Source: Verrucomicrobiota bacterium (GTDB lineage: Bacteria > Verrucomicrobiota > Kiritimatiellia > JAKQHR01). Taken from it: a DNA stretch of 64,000 nt. The stretch spans positions 1,557 through 65,556 of the forward strand of contig JAKQHR010000015.1 of the NCBI GenBank assembly GCA_029557905.1, read 5' to 3'. The position numbers were made by a program, and so were the translations under genes. Below the pieces are notes generated by a model, which was not told the origin of the DNA, did not search any database, and saw nothing but the letters and a program-made list of their open reading frames with translations. Positions 1-8,643 of the stretch are shown one piece after another (the stretch's first letter is position 1; each line of letters starts with the position of its first letter).

Positions 1-549
1 GTGTTTCTCATAGAACTGGGGCAGCAGGCGGGAGCAGCGTTCAATGGGGCCGGCCACCAGCTGGGGGAAGAAACTCACATAGAGGGCGAAAATTCCCAGG
101 TGGCGTTCGGCCTGCTGGCGTCCCCGGTATACATCAATCGAATAGCTCAGGGTCTGAAATGTGTAAAACGAGATCCCCACCGGCAGAAGAAGCTTGAAGG
201 CCGGCACATGGTACATCAGGTTGAAGTGCTCGAAAATCGCCCGCGCGGAGTCATTGAAGAAATTGAAGTACTTGAAGCTGAACAGGAGGCCGAGGTTTCC
301 GGCCAGGCTCAGCATAAGCCATGCTTTCCGCCGCCGGCTGCCGGAAGGCGCGGATACCATTCGCAGGCCCGCGGTATAGTCAATCAGGGTGGAGACGATA
401 ATCAGAACAATGTATTCCGCCTTCCAGCACATGTAGAAATAGTAGCTGGCGGCCAGCAGCAGCGCCCAGCGGAAGCGATGGGGGCAGAGGAAGTAAGCCG
501 CCGTCACCAGCGGAAAGAAAACCAGAAACTCGAGAGAATTGAACAGCAT
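1..549 (-). CDS. MBOAT family O-acyltransferase (AlgI/DltB-like), 5' part only; runs off the left window edge
   Basis: Not in the ORF track. Reverse-strand reading from ATG at 549 gives MLFNSLEFLVFFPLVTAAYFLCPHRFRWALLLAASYYFYMCWKAEY..., nearly identical to the N-terminus of the MBOAT at 1543-3024. Confidence 0.88.
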   Translation of the reverse strand, partial: MLFNSLEFLVFFPLVTAAYFLCPHRFRWALLLAASYYFYMCWKAEYIVLIIVSTLIDYTAGLRMVSAPSGSRRRKAWLMLSLAGNLGLLFSFKYFNFFNDSARAIFEHFNLMYHVPAFKLLLPVGISFYTFQTLSYSIDVYRGRQQAERHLGIFALYVSFFPQLVAGPIERCSRLLPQFYEKH

Positions 550-554
550 ATGTT

Positions 555-1541
555 TTACCTGCAGTTCATTCTCTCCCGCAGCTGTTTTGAAAATGCGGGC
601 GCGCCGTGCCGGCGGTTGAGATGATCTTCATCCATGAAATATTTCGTTTCAAAAACAAAATCGGGATTGGCGGAAAAATCGTAGTATTCCACATTGTGCT
701 TCCTCGCAAGCGCTTTCATGTTGCGGCGGAAGGTCTCGACCATGTTCCGGTCGGCCAGTTCCGTGTAGCGGAAGAAGTAGGGCGGGGTGAAGAAGACCGG
801 GCGGATATCCTGCGCCTGAAGGAAGCGGATCGTCCGTTCAAGACAGGCATAGGTGTCTTCCGGCAAACCCGGACAATTCTGGAGCATGTCGTTCATAAGC
901 TTCGCATGTTCCACTATTCTTGCTTTTTCTGCACGTTCAATCAGCACGTTAATATTCCGGAAACCCTTAAACTGGCGGTCCCGGTTCCGGCTTCCGTCGC
1001 GGGGATTGGATTCCTTCGCTGGCCGCGGCTGCTGTCCGAGCAGGCGAAGCAGGGTGGTATACCCGTGGTCGGGCCGGATCAGGTTGATCAGCCGGGCTTT
1101 CACAAAACTTTGGAAGTCTCCCGGAATCCATTTCCAGCCCGGAAGGTAGGCATACGCTTCCACGCGCTTGGACTTGCGGTCGAGAATCGTGGCCGCCCGG
1201 TTGTCGGCAACGAATGTATGAAATGATACGGCATAATAAACCGTGCGCACCTTGGGCAGCCGGGGAATCAGGGTTTTCAGGTGAAGCTCAGTTTCAAAGA
1301 CATCATTCCCGCCCAGCCAGATATGGTATCCCCGCTCACCGAGGGCATCGAAGTCAATGGCCTTGCAGTGAGAATTCCCGGCCGCGACCGCTTCGATTTC
1401 ATTCGCCTGCCGCAGCAGGTTCTGCATCCGGAATTTGATGTCGGGATAGACCGGATCCATCCGGCTCCACAGGGCGGCGCAGAACAAAACAATTCCGATG
1501 AGCCCGGCCGTGAACAATATACTCTGCTGCAGTTGTTTCAT
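555..1541 (-). CDS. SGNH-fold / DltD-like membrane-anchored acyltransferase partner
   Basis: N-terminal TM helix, block-I-like GNSH and C-terminal DEDHLN (DxxH). Sits between two MBOAT genes. Start reassigned to MKQLQQ at 1541, abutting the MBOAT stop. Confidence 0.65.
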   Translation of the reverse strand: MKQLQQSILFTAGLIGIVLFCAALWSRMDPVYPDIKFRMQNLLRQANEIEAVAAGNSHCKAIDFDALGERGYHIWLGGNDVFETELHLKTLIPRLPKVRTVYYAVSFHTFVADNRAATILDRKSKRVEAYAYLPGWKWIPGDFQSFVKARLINLIRPDHGYTTLLRLLGQQPRPAKESNPRDGSRNRDRQFKGFRNINVLIERAEKARIVEHAKLMNDMLQNCPGLPEDTYACLERTIRFLQAQDIRPVFFTPPYFFRYTELADRNMVETFRRNMKALARKHNVEYYDFSANPDFVFETKYFMDEDHLNRRHGAPAFSKQLRERMNCR

Positions 1542-1542
1542 T

Positions 1543-3024
1543 TCAGAACTGAAAATATATAAACTCCACAACTTCAAAGCGTCCGAAAACAAGGATAGTC
1601 ATGATCAGGCTGTAGTAGATCAGCCAGCGGCACCAGACCGGGCGTTCGGCCAGAAATTCCGAGATGCCCTGCCTGTCATGAATAAGCTGGACCGTTTCCA
1701 TCACCGTGACAGCCGCCACTCCTATGAGCAGTTCCCAGAGGGTGTGGCCGACCACCACGGGTGCAAGGGCGGCCCGTCGAAGATGAAAGACATCGTTCAG
1801 CCATGCCGGCAGGCCGGTCGGCAGGTTCCGGATGATGTGCACAGCCTCCCGGATGTCCGCGGCTCTGAAGAATATCCATCCGAAGAAGAGCAGAAAGAGC
1901 GTCGAGGCGATATTGATGAACCGATGAAAACGCGGGTGTTTTTTCAGCCCGGTTTGCTCGCACCATCTGCGCCGGGTGTTGAAACTGAGATATTCCAGAA
2001 TTAGATAGGTTCCATGGAGTGCCCCGCACGCAATAAAAGTCCACGCGGCTCCATGCCAGAGGCCGCTGATCATGAACACCAGCAGCAGACTGATCACCCA
2101 CCACCGTTTGCTTGTGCTGCGGCCGCAGAGGGGGAGATACAGATAATCACGAAGCCACGTGCTCAGTGAAATATGCCAGCGCTGCCAGAATTCCGTGATG
2201 GAGCGGGAAATAAACGGGCGGTTGAAATTGCGCATGAGATCAAATCCCAGTACGCGCGCGGCGCCGATGGCGATGTCCGAGTAGCCCGAAAAGTCACAGT
2301 AGATCTGCCAGCCGAAAAGAATCCCCGCCACAATATAACTGATCCCCTGCCAGTTCTCCGGCTGGTCGAACACCGCATTCACGAACAGCGCGAGCCGGTC
2401 CGCAATCACCAGTTTCTTGAAGAAACCCCAGAGCATCAGACGGAGCCCGCTGCACATGCGGTCAAAACGGAAGTGGTGCACTGCGCTGAACTGCGGCAGA
2501 AGCCGCGCGGCACGCTCTATCGGCCCGGCCACCAGCTGGGGGAAGAAGGACACATAGAGCGCAAATTTCCCAAAATGTGCTTCGGGCCGCTGGCTTCCCC
2601 GATAAACGTCGATGAGATAACTCATGGTCTGGAATGTGTAGAAAGAAATTCCCACCGGCAGCAGCACGTTGAACGCGGGCACTCCGTAAAAAAGATTGAA
2701 GTGATTGAAGAGCGTCCGGAACGAATCGTTGAAGAAGTTGAAATATTTGAACGCAAACAAAATGGCGAGATTCACGCCCAGGCTCACGGTGAGGCACAGA
2801 TGCCTGCGGGAATCGTTCTGCGGGAGTGTCCCGATGCACAGCCCGCCCCCGTAGCCGGCGAGAGTGGACGCGAGAAGCAGCAGCCCGTATTCCGCCTTCC
2901 AGCACATGTAGAAATAGTAGCTGGCGGCCAGCAGCAGCGCCCAGCGGAAGCGATGAGGGCAGAGAAAGTAAGCCGCTGTAACCAGCGGAAAGAATAAAAG
3001 GAACTCCAGCGAATTAAACAGCAT
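1543..3024 (-). CDS. MBOAT family O-acyltransferase (AlgI/DltB-like)
   Basis: LPVGISFYTFQ, FFPQLVAGPIER, DFSGYSDIAIG, FWQRWHISLSTW and SGLWHGA (catalytic His) motifs. Confidence 0.93.
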   Translation of the reverse strand: MLFNSLEFLLFFPLVTAAYFLCPHRFRWALLLAASYYFYMCWKAEYGLLLLASTLAGYGGGLCIGTLPQNDSRRHLCLTVSLGVNLAILFAFKYFNFFNDSFRTLFNHFNLFYGVPAFNVLLPVGISFYTFQTMSYLIDVYRGSQRPEAHFGKFALYVSFFPQLVAGPIERAARLLPQFSAVHHFRFDRMCSGLRLMLWGFFKKLVIADRLALFVNAVFDQPENWQGISYIVAGILFGWQIYCDFSGYSDIAIGAARVLGFDLMRNFNRPFISRSITEFWQRWHISLSTWLRDYLYLPLCGRSTSKRWWVISLLLVFMISGLWHGAAWTFIACGALHGTYLILEYLSFNTRRRWCEQTGLKKHPRFHRFINIASTLFLLFFGWIFFRAADIREAVHIIRNLPTGLPAWLNDVFHLRRAALAPVVVGHTLWELLIGVAAVTVMETVQLIHDRQGISEFLAERPVWCRWLIYYSLIMTILVFGRFEVVEFIYFQF

Positions 3025-3181
3025 GCCCGATTTCTATCCCTGGTTTTCCCCGGGTTTCACAGTGATTCCTCATGATGGGAACGGATTCTCTGAAAATCCT
3101 TGGGCGTGGGCAAGTCCATAAAGACGGGTTTGTTGTCTCGATGATTGCCATGCCGGGGGGCATCGCGATAGAGTGGACAGC

Positions 3182-4303
3182 ATGAAGATTGCTTTTGTGA
3201 AACAGAAATATGTCCCCTTTGGCGGAGGGGAGCTGTATCTCGAAAGGCTGGCCGGGGCCTGCCGCGACCGGGGGGACGAGGTCCATTTGATTACTGCCGC
3301 CTGGCCGGGGAACAGAGTTTCTGCTTTCACTGTTCATCCTGTTCCTGTTCGAAACTGGTCTCATGCCTCGGTGGCGAGGTCTTTCTCGCACAATCTGAAG
3401 GAGATCATCCGGTCGGTCGGGTTCGATGTGGTCTTCAGTCTGGACCGGACCGAACAGCAGCACATCTGGCGTGCGGGCGAGGGGGCTCATCCGGTCTGGC
3501 TGGACCGCCGCGGCGAATTTGAGCCGGCGTGGAAAGTCAGGCTGGCGCGTCTGTCATCGCGGCAAAGGACCCTGTTGAAGCTGGAGAGGCGATGCGTGAG
3601 CCGGACCCCTGTGATTATCGCGAATTCGCAGATGGTGAAAAATGATCTCGAGAACTGCTATGATCTTTCCGGAAAACGCGTGGAAATAATTCACAATGGC
3701 GTTGATTTTTCCCGCTTTTCTCCGGACGGACGCGAAGAGGCGCGCACCCAGGTGCGCTCACGCTTGCAGGTGAATCCCGACGGCCCGCTGCTGCTGTTTG
3801 CCGGAAGCGGGTTTCGCAGGAAGGGGCTCCCGGAACTGATGCGTGCGCTGCGTGGCGTGCCCGATGCGGTCCTGCTGGTTATCGGCCGGGACAAATCCGC
3901 CCCCTGGATTCGTTTGGCTGCGAGTCTGGGGGTCTCTGGCCGGGTGCGTTTTCTGGCCCCATCCGAATCTCTGCCGGAGCTGTATCGCGCGGCCGATGTG
4001 ACGGTGTTCCCGACATGGTTTGATTCCTTCGGGTTTGTCGGACTCGAGTCCATGGCCTGCGGGACCCCGCTGGTCACGACCCCTTTTGCCGGTGTATCGG
4101 AGCTGGTCCGCGAGGGGGTCAATGGCGCGGTGATCGCGCGCCCGGATGCCGCCGATGAACTGGCGGCGGCCATACAAGACCAGGTTTCCCGGAAAGACAG
4201 GAGCCGGGCCATCGCGGATTCCGTGAGAGAATATTCTCTGGAAAACAACATCCGCCGAACCCTTGCGGTCATAGATGACACCGCGTTCAGCCGCAAATCA
4301 TGA
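3182..4303 (+). CDS. Glycosyltransferase family 4 (WaaG/RfaG-like)
   Basis: GGGE N-terminal motif, RKG, and DSFGFVGLESMACGTP (EX7E-type with Asp in place of the first Glu). Confidence 0.9.
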   Translation: MKIAFVKQKYVPFGGGELYLERLAGACRDRGDEVHLITAAWPGNRVSAFTVHPVPVRNWSHASVARSFSHNLKEIIRSVGFDVVFSLDRTEQQHIWRAGEGAHPVWLDRRGEFEPAWKVRLARLSSRQRTLLKLERRCVSRTPVIIANSQMVKNDLENCYDLSGKRVEIIHNGVDFSRFSPDGREEARTQVRSRLQVNPDGPLLLFAGSGFRRKGLPELMRALRGVPDAVLLVIGRDKSAPWIRLAASLGVSGRVRFLAPSESLPELYRAADVTVFPTWFDSFGFVGLESMACGTPLVTTPFAGVSELVREGVNGAVIARPDAADELAAAIQDQVSRKDRSRAIADSVREYSLENNIRRTLAVIDDTAFSRKS

Positions 4304-5039
4304 GCTTTGCCGGACATGTCCGCCAGCGAAAGCGAAGCACGGGATGTTCAGCCGCGACAGCTCCTGCCATTCGATTGAGAAGCGTGAAATAATATTGATG
4401 AAACATTCTGCTCGGCGAATTTCGCAGAATTTCCGGGGTCAGCCCGCTTCCGGCCGCTTTTGAGATGGCCTCCTTGAGCGTCCAGACTTTGTAGAATGCC
4501 CGCACGCGCTCCGGTTCCGGAAGTTTGCTGATCCTGTTTATTTCTTCCCCGGAACAGGATTTGAGCATCATGCGCTGCAGGTCTCTGACGGGCCTTTCTT
4601 CTTCAATATCAACCCCGACCGGCCATGATTTTGCCAGGGCGAACAGCAGATCGCTCCCGGTATGGGAAACGCTGAAGAACAGCGGGCGAAGGCCGTCCCG
4701 GCTGACCGGCATCATCGGCTGCCCTCCGGCGCTGTACTCCAGCGCGCATGGATACAGCCTGCTTCCGGTATGCAGGCCCAGCAGCCGCCTCAACAGGCCC
4801 CGGCGGATCATGAAACTGTTCTGCGGCTCCTGCCGCAGGAATCTTCCGGCCCGGGCGGCATCATCCGGAGTGAGCCTGCTGCGGGCCGGTTCGAGCAGGC
4901 TGTTTGTGTCCGACAGATCAAAATACCAAAGCTGAATATCGCCCGGCTGCAGCGTGTCGGTTTGGACATTCCACTCTCCGCGCGTGAAGCGGGGCTCTAT
5001 GCATGTTGAATCCGGCATCATCACTCCAGAATAATCCAC
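4287..5039 (-). CDS. Sfp-type 4'-phosphopantetheinyl transferase
   Basis: FSVSHT, VGVDIE and WTLKEAISKA motifs; divergent from an ACP-containing gene. Confidence 0.9.
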   Translation of the reverse strand: MDYSGVMMPDSTCIEPRFTRGEWNVQTDTLQPGDIQLWYFDLSDTNSLLEPARSRLTPDDAARAGRFLRQEPQNSFMIRRGLLRRLLGLHTGSRLYPCALEYSAGGQPMMPVSRDGLRPLFFSVSHTGSDLLFALAKSWPVGVDIEEERPVRDLQRMMLKSCSGEEINRISKLPEPERVRAFYKVWTLKEAISKAAGSGLTPEILRNSPSRMFHQYYFTLLNRMAGAVAAEHPVLRFRWRTCPAKLMICG

Positions 5040-5128
5040 AGTTGATGTCTGTGATCAAGCCCGGGGTGATGGGAACTGGACACACGGTTCATCTTTGAGT
5101 ATGTTCCGGGACTTTCTTTTGGAGCAGG

Positions 5129-7837
5129 ATGAAAGTCAGAGGGGAATACAGGAGCATCATTGACGTGGTTGAGGCGCTGACGGCGACGGATCCCGGCGCT
5201 GCGGCATGCACCTTTCTTGCGGACGGACTGAACGACCGGTGTGCATGGACCCGGCGCGATTTGTACAGCCGCGCCTGTGCGGTGGCCAGAGTTCTGTCGG
5301 ACCGCAAAGCCCGCGGCCAGCCGGCTCTGCTCCTGTACTATCCCGGCCTGGAATTTCTTGCGGCGCTGTTCGGCTGTCTTTTCTCGGGGGTTGTTGCCAT
5401 CCCGGCCTATCCTCCGGGCATCAGCGCGCGTTCCTCGCGGCGAATTGAGAGCATTCTGGAGGATGCCGGTTCGTCACTGATTCTGACCACATCCAGAATA
5501 AGGGAAACGCGCCGCACAAGCATGGACCGTCACTCGGCTCTGCCGCGCCAGGCCTGGATTGAGACTGAACTGATTGCATTGGACTCGGCTGAAGACTGTG
5601 TTCCTGTCCGGGCGCAGGAAAGCGATGTGGCCTATCTGCAGTATACCTCCGGCTCCACATCAACCCCCAAGGGTGTAGTTGTCACCCATGGCAATCTGTT
5701 CCACAACCTCACCTGCATTGACCGGACATTCAATGTTTCCGGCGGGTCCGGAATTGCTTCCTGGATGCCCCACTTTCATGATTTCGGCCTTGTGTTCGGT
5801 CTTCTTGCGCCGATCTTCACGGGAAAGCCCTGCACTCTGATGCCTCCGGCGGTTTTTGTGCAGAATCCGTGGCTGTGGCTGAAGGCCATCTCCGACGCCC
5901 GTGCCAGTCATGCTGCCGCCCCCAACTTTGCCTATGACCTGTGCAATACCCGCATAACAGATGCCCAGCTGGAAACGCTTGATTTGTCCTGCATCACGGC
6001 GCTGCTTAATGGCGCGGAGCCCGTTCGCGCATCCACGCTGGATGAATTCACGCGGCGTTTTGCGGTCTGCGGATTCCGGCGCGAAATGTTTTGTCCCGTG
6101 TATGGCCTGGCCGAGATCACCGTCGGGGCGGTTTGCACCCGTTTTGATGAACCGCCGGTCTGTTTGTCCGTGGATGCGGACGCGATCGAGCAGCACCATG
6201 CTGTGCCCGCGGAGGGGAATGCTCCCAAGAGCCGCCTGCTGGTTTCCTGCGGGCATGAAGTGTTCGGACACCGAATGGAAATTGTGGATCCGGTGGCTCT
6301 TGTGCGCGTACCGAAGGGCGGGGTGGGTGAAATCTGGCTGGATTCTCCCAGCGTGTGTGCGGGGTACTGGAACCGGCCGGATGAAACCCGGCAAACCTTC
6401 CAGGCTTGTCTGGCAGGCACGAATGAGGGGCCGTTCCTGCGCACCGGCGATCTGGGGTTCATGCACGACGGGAATTTGTATATCACCGGCCGCATTAAGG
6501 ACCTCATTATCATTCACGGGGTTAACTATTATCCGCAGGACATTGAGCTGTCGTGCGAGAAGGCGCATCGCGCCCTCAAAGCGAATGCCGGCGCGGCCTT
6601 CTCCGTGGAGCGCGGCGGATCAGAAAAGCTGGTGGTGGTGTACGAACAGGACCGCACCGTGAAAGACCCGGATATCGGCCAGATCGCGATGGCTGTGCGC
6701 CACGCGGTGTCTGAAGAGCATGAGCTGCAGATTTATGACTTCGTCATGGTGCGGCCGGGCACGATTCCCAAGACTTCCAGCGGAAAAATCCAGCGGCATG
6801 CGTGCAAAGCGGATTATCTGAACGGCAGCCTGAAGGTGGTTGCATCCAGCCGGCTTGAAATTGCGGCCGCCGGAGAAAGAAATATCGCGCCACCCGCTGA
6901 TGAAATGGAGCGGCAGCTGGCGCGGATATGGGAGGAAGTCCTCGAGATATCGCCGATCGGGGTGACCGACAACTATTTCGATCTCGGGGGGAACTCGCTC
7001 CATGCCCTGCGTATCATCGGTAAAATTGGAGAGACAACCGGCCGTGAACTGCAGCTGACCGATTTGTTTCAGACTCCGACGATACGCGGAGTGGCTGAGC
7101 TGCTGCGGCGGGCGGACGAAACCGCCGAGTTGATCGCGCTGGTCCCGTTGCAGCCGGCGGGGACATGTACTCCGTTTTTCTGCGTGCATCCAGGCGGCGG
7201 AATGGTCATGTGCTTCAATGATCTGGCGCACAGCGTCGGAAAGGATCAGCCGTTCTATGCTCTGCAGTCGCAGGGTCTGGATGGCCGTCGTTCCCCGCTC
7301 AAGCGTATTGAAGACATGGCCTCTCTGTACATTCGCGAAATAAAAACAGTGCAGCCTGCCGGGCCCTATCGGCTGGGGGGAATGTGCCTTGGCGGGGTCA
7401 TTGCCTATGAAATGGCGCAGCAGCTGGTGCGGCTGGGAGAGCCGGTGGAATTCCTGGGAGTGCTGGATACCCGTCGCCCACCCGGCTGGTACAGACCTCT
7501 GTTCCGCCAGCGCAGGGTGATCAAGGAGTGGCTGGGCATGATATCCCATGCGGGACAGAAGCGTGTGCTGAAGCGGATATGGCTGGCAAACGAGAAAGCC
7601 CGCAACCGGTATCGCCCGGAACCGTACCCCGGGAAAATTACGCTTTTCTGGAGCGATCACGAGGGTGATGAGCAGGCCGACCGGCAGGAAATGTGGCGCA
7701 GACTTGCGCTGGGCGGTCTTGACATAATTCCCATCGCGGGGGCATCGCATCGCGCCATCCTCGCGGCGCCTCATGTGCAGACGCTTGCAGACAGGATCGT
7801 GTCCTGCCTTGAACCTTTCAACGGGATCCGCTCATGA
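5129..7837 (+). CDS. Fatty acyl-AMP ligase - acyl carrier - thioesterase tridomain protein
   Basis: YLQYTSGSTSTPKG, WMPHFHDFGL, YGLAE, FAAL insertion ending LVSCG, LRTGDLG and PKTSSGKIQR; carrier motif DNYFDLGGNSL; TE with HPGGG, GMCLGG and GASH. Confidence 0.9.
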   Translation: MKVRGEYRSIIDVVEALTATDPGAAACTFLADGLNDRCAWTRRDLYSRACAVARVLSDRKARGQPALLLYYPGLEFLAALFGCLFSGVVAIPAYPPGISARSSRRIESILEDAGSSLILTTSRIRETRRTSMDRHSALPRQAWIETELIALDSAEDCVPVRAQESDVAYLQYTSGSTSTPKGVVVTHGNLFHNLTCIDRTFNVSGGSGIASWMPHFHDFGLVFGLLAPIFTGKPCTLMPPAVFVQNPWLWLKAISDARASHAAAPNFAYDLCNTRITDAQLETLDLSCITALLNGAEPVRASTLDEFTRRFAVCGFRREMFCPVYGLAEITVGAVCTRFDEPPVCLSVDADAIEQHHAVPAEGNAPKSRLLVSCGHEVFGHRMEIVDPVALVRVPKGGVGEIWLDSPSVCAGYWNRPDETRQTFQACLAGTNEGPFLRTGDLGFMHDGNLYITGRIKDLIIIHGVNYYPQDIELSCEKAHRALKANAGAAFSVERGGSEKLVVVYEQDRTVKDPDIGQIAMAVRHAVSEEHELQIYDFVMVRPGTIPKTSSGKIQRHACKADYLNGSLKVVASSRLEIAAAGERNIAPPADEMERQLARIWEEVLEISPIGVTDNYFDLGGNSLHALRIIGKIGETTGRELQLTDLFQTPTIRGVAELLRRADETAELIALVPLQPAGTCTPFFCVHPGGGMVMCFNDLAHSVGKDQPFYALQSQGLDGRRSPLKRIEDMASLYIREIKTVQPAGPYRLGGMCLGGVIAYEMAQQLVRLGEPVEFLGVLDTRRPPGWYRPLFRQRRVIKEWLGMISHAGQKRVLKRIWLANEKARNRYRPEPYPGKITLFWSDHEGDEQADRQEMWRRLALGGLDIIPIAGASHRAILAAPHVQTLADRIVSCLEPFNGIRS

Positions 7838-8643
7838 GTGTGCTGGCTGTAAACGTGATCTGCACGTCATATTCAGGCAACACGTGGCTCAATTTGATGC
7901 TGGGCGCGCATTCGCGGGCCTTCTGCGTGGGCGAATACAAAAACATACGCAAGACCGGCCGGGTGAACTGCATGCTTCACGGCGCGGACTGCCCGGTCTG
8001 GAGCCGTTTTGATGCCTCGGCGCAGGAGCATCCGTATCTGCAGCTCAGCCGCCTGACCGGAAAGAACATTCTGGTGATCAGCAATTCACTTGATTATCTC
8101 CCGGCCGATCCCGGACCGGGGATTGAGCAGCGATTCATTCATCTCATTCGCGACGGGCGCGCGGTGGCCGCCAGTTTCAGGCGGAAGCACCGCGGAATGA
8201 ACATCTGGCAGGCTGCCCGCCGCTGGCGGCACGACCACCGGAAAAATCTGCGCCGCCTGAGCCGGCATCCGGCAGAAGCCGTTCTGCCCGTGCGCTACGA
8301 AGAGTTGAAGTCCGACCCCGAGAGAGAAGTGCGCCGCATTTGCGGATTCCTCGGGATCCCCTTTGAACCGTCCATGCTGGAATACTGGACGCGGGACATG
8401 CATTATCTGGGCGGGAATCAGGGCACGCTGCTGGCGCTCGCGCGCAAACAGGGAGGGGATCTGCCCGAGTCCTCGCGCAGGGAGCAGGGCCGGGAGCAGC
8501 GTGACTGGAAGCTGGAATTCTACGCCGGGTCCGATCCTCAGAAGTTTACAGACGACCGCTGGAAAAGCGATCTGACCTCCATTCAGCTTGGGATATTCAA
8601 TTTGGCCGCCGGCGGTTTGAACCGCAGACTGGGCTATCAGTGA
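7834..8643 (+). CDS. PAPS-dependent sulfotransferase family protein
   Basis: SYSGNTWLNLMLGAH (5'-PSB-like), HLIRDGRAVAAS (3'-PB) and VRYEELKSDPEREVRRICGFLG. ATGA overlap with the FAAL gene. Confidence 0.82.
   Translation: MSVLAVNVICTSYSGNTWLNLMLGAHSRAFCVGEYKNIRKTGRVNCMLHGADCPVWSRFDASAQEHPYLQLSRLTGKNILVISNSLDYLPADPGPGIEQRFIHLIRDGRAVAASFRRKHRGMNIWQAARRWRHDHRKNLRRLSRHPAEAVLPVRYEELKSDPEREVRRICGFLGIPFEPSMLEYWTRDMHYLGGNQGTLLALARKQGGDLPESSRREQGREQRDWKLEFYAGSDPQKFTDDRWKSDLTSIQLGIFNLAAGGLNRRLGYQ

Noticed and set aside
5129-8643. Olefin synthase (Ols/CurM) or NRPS
   Set aside because: No KS, AT, KR or condensation domains; the sulfotransferase is stand-alone and downstream of the TE.
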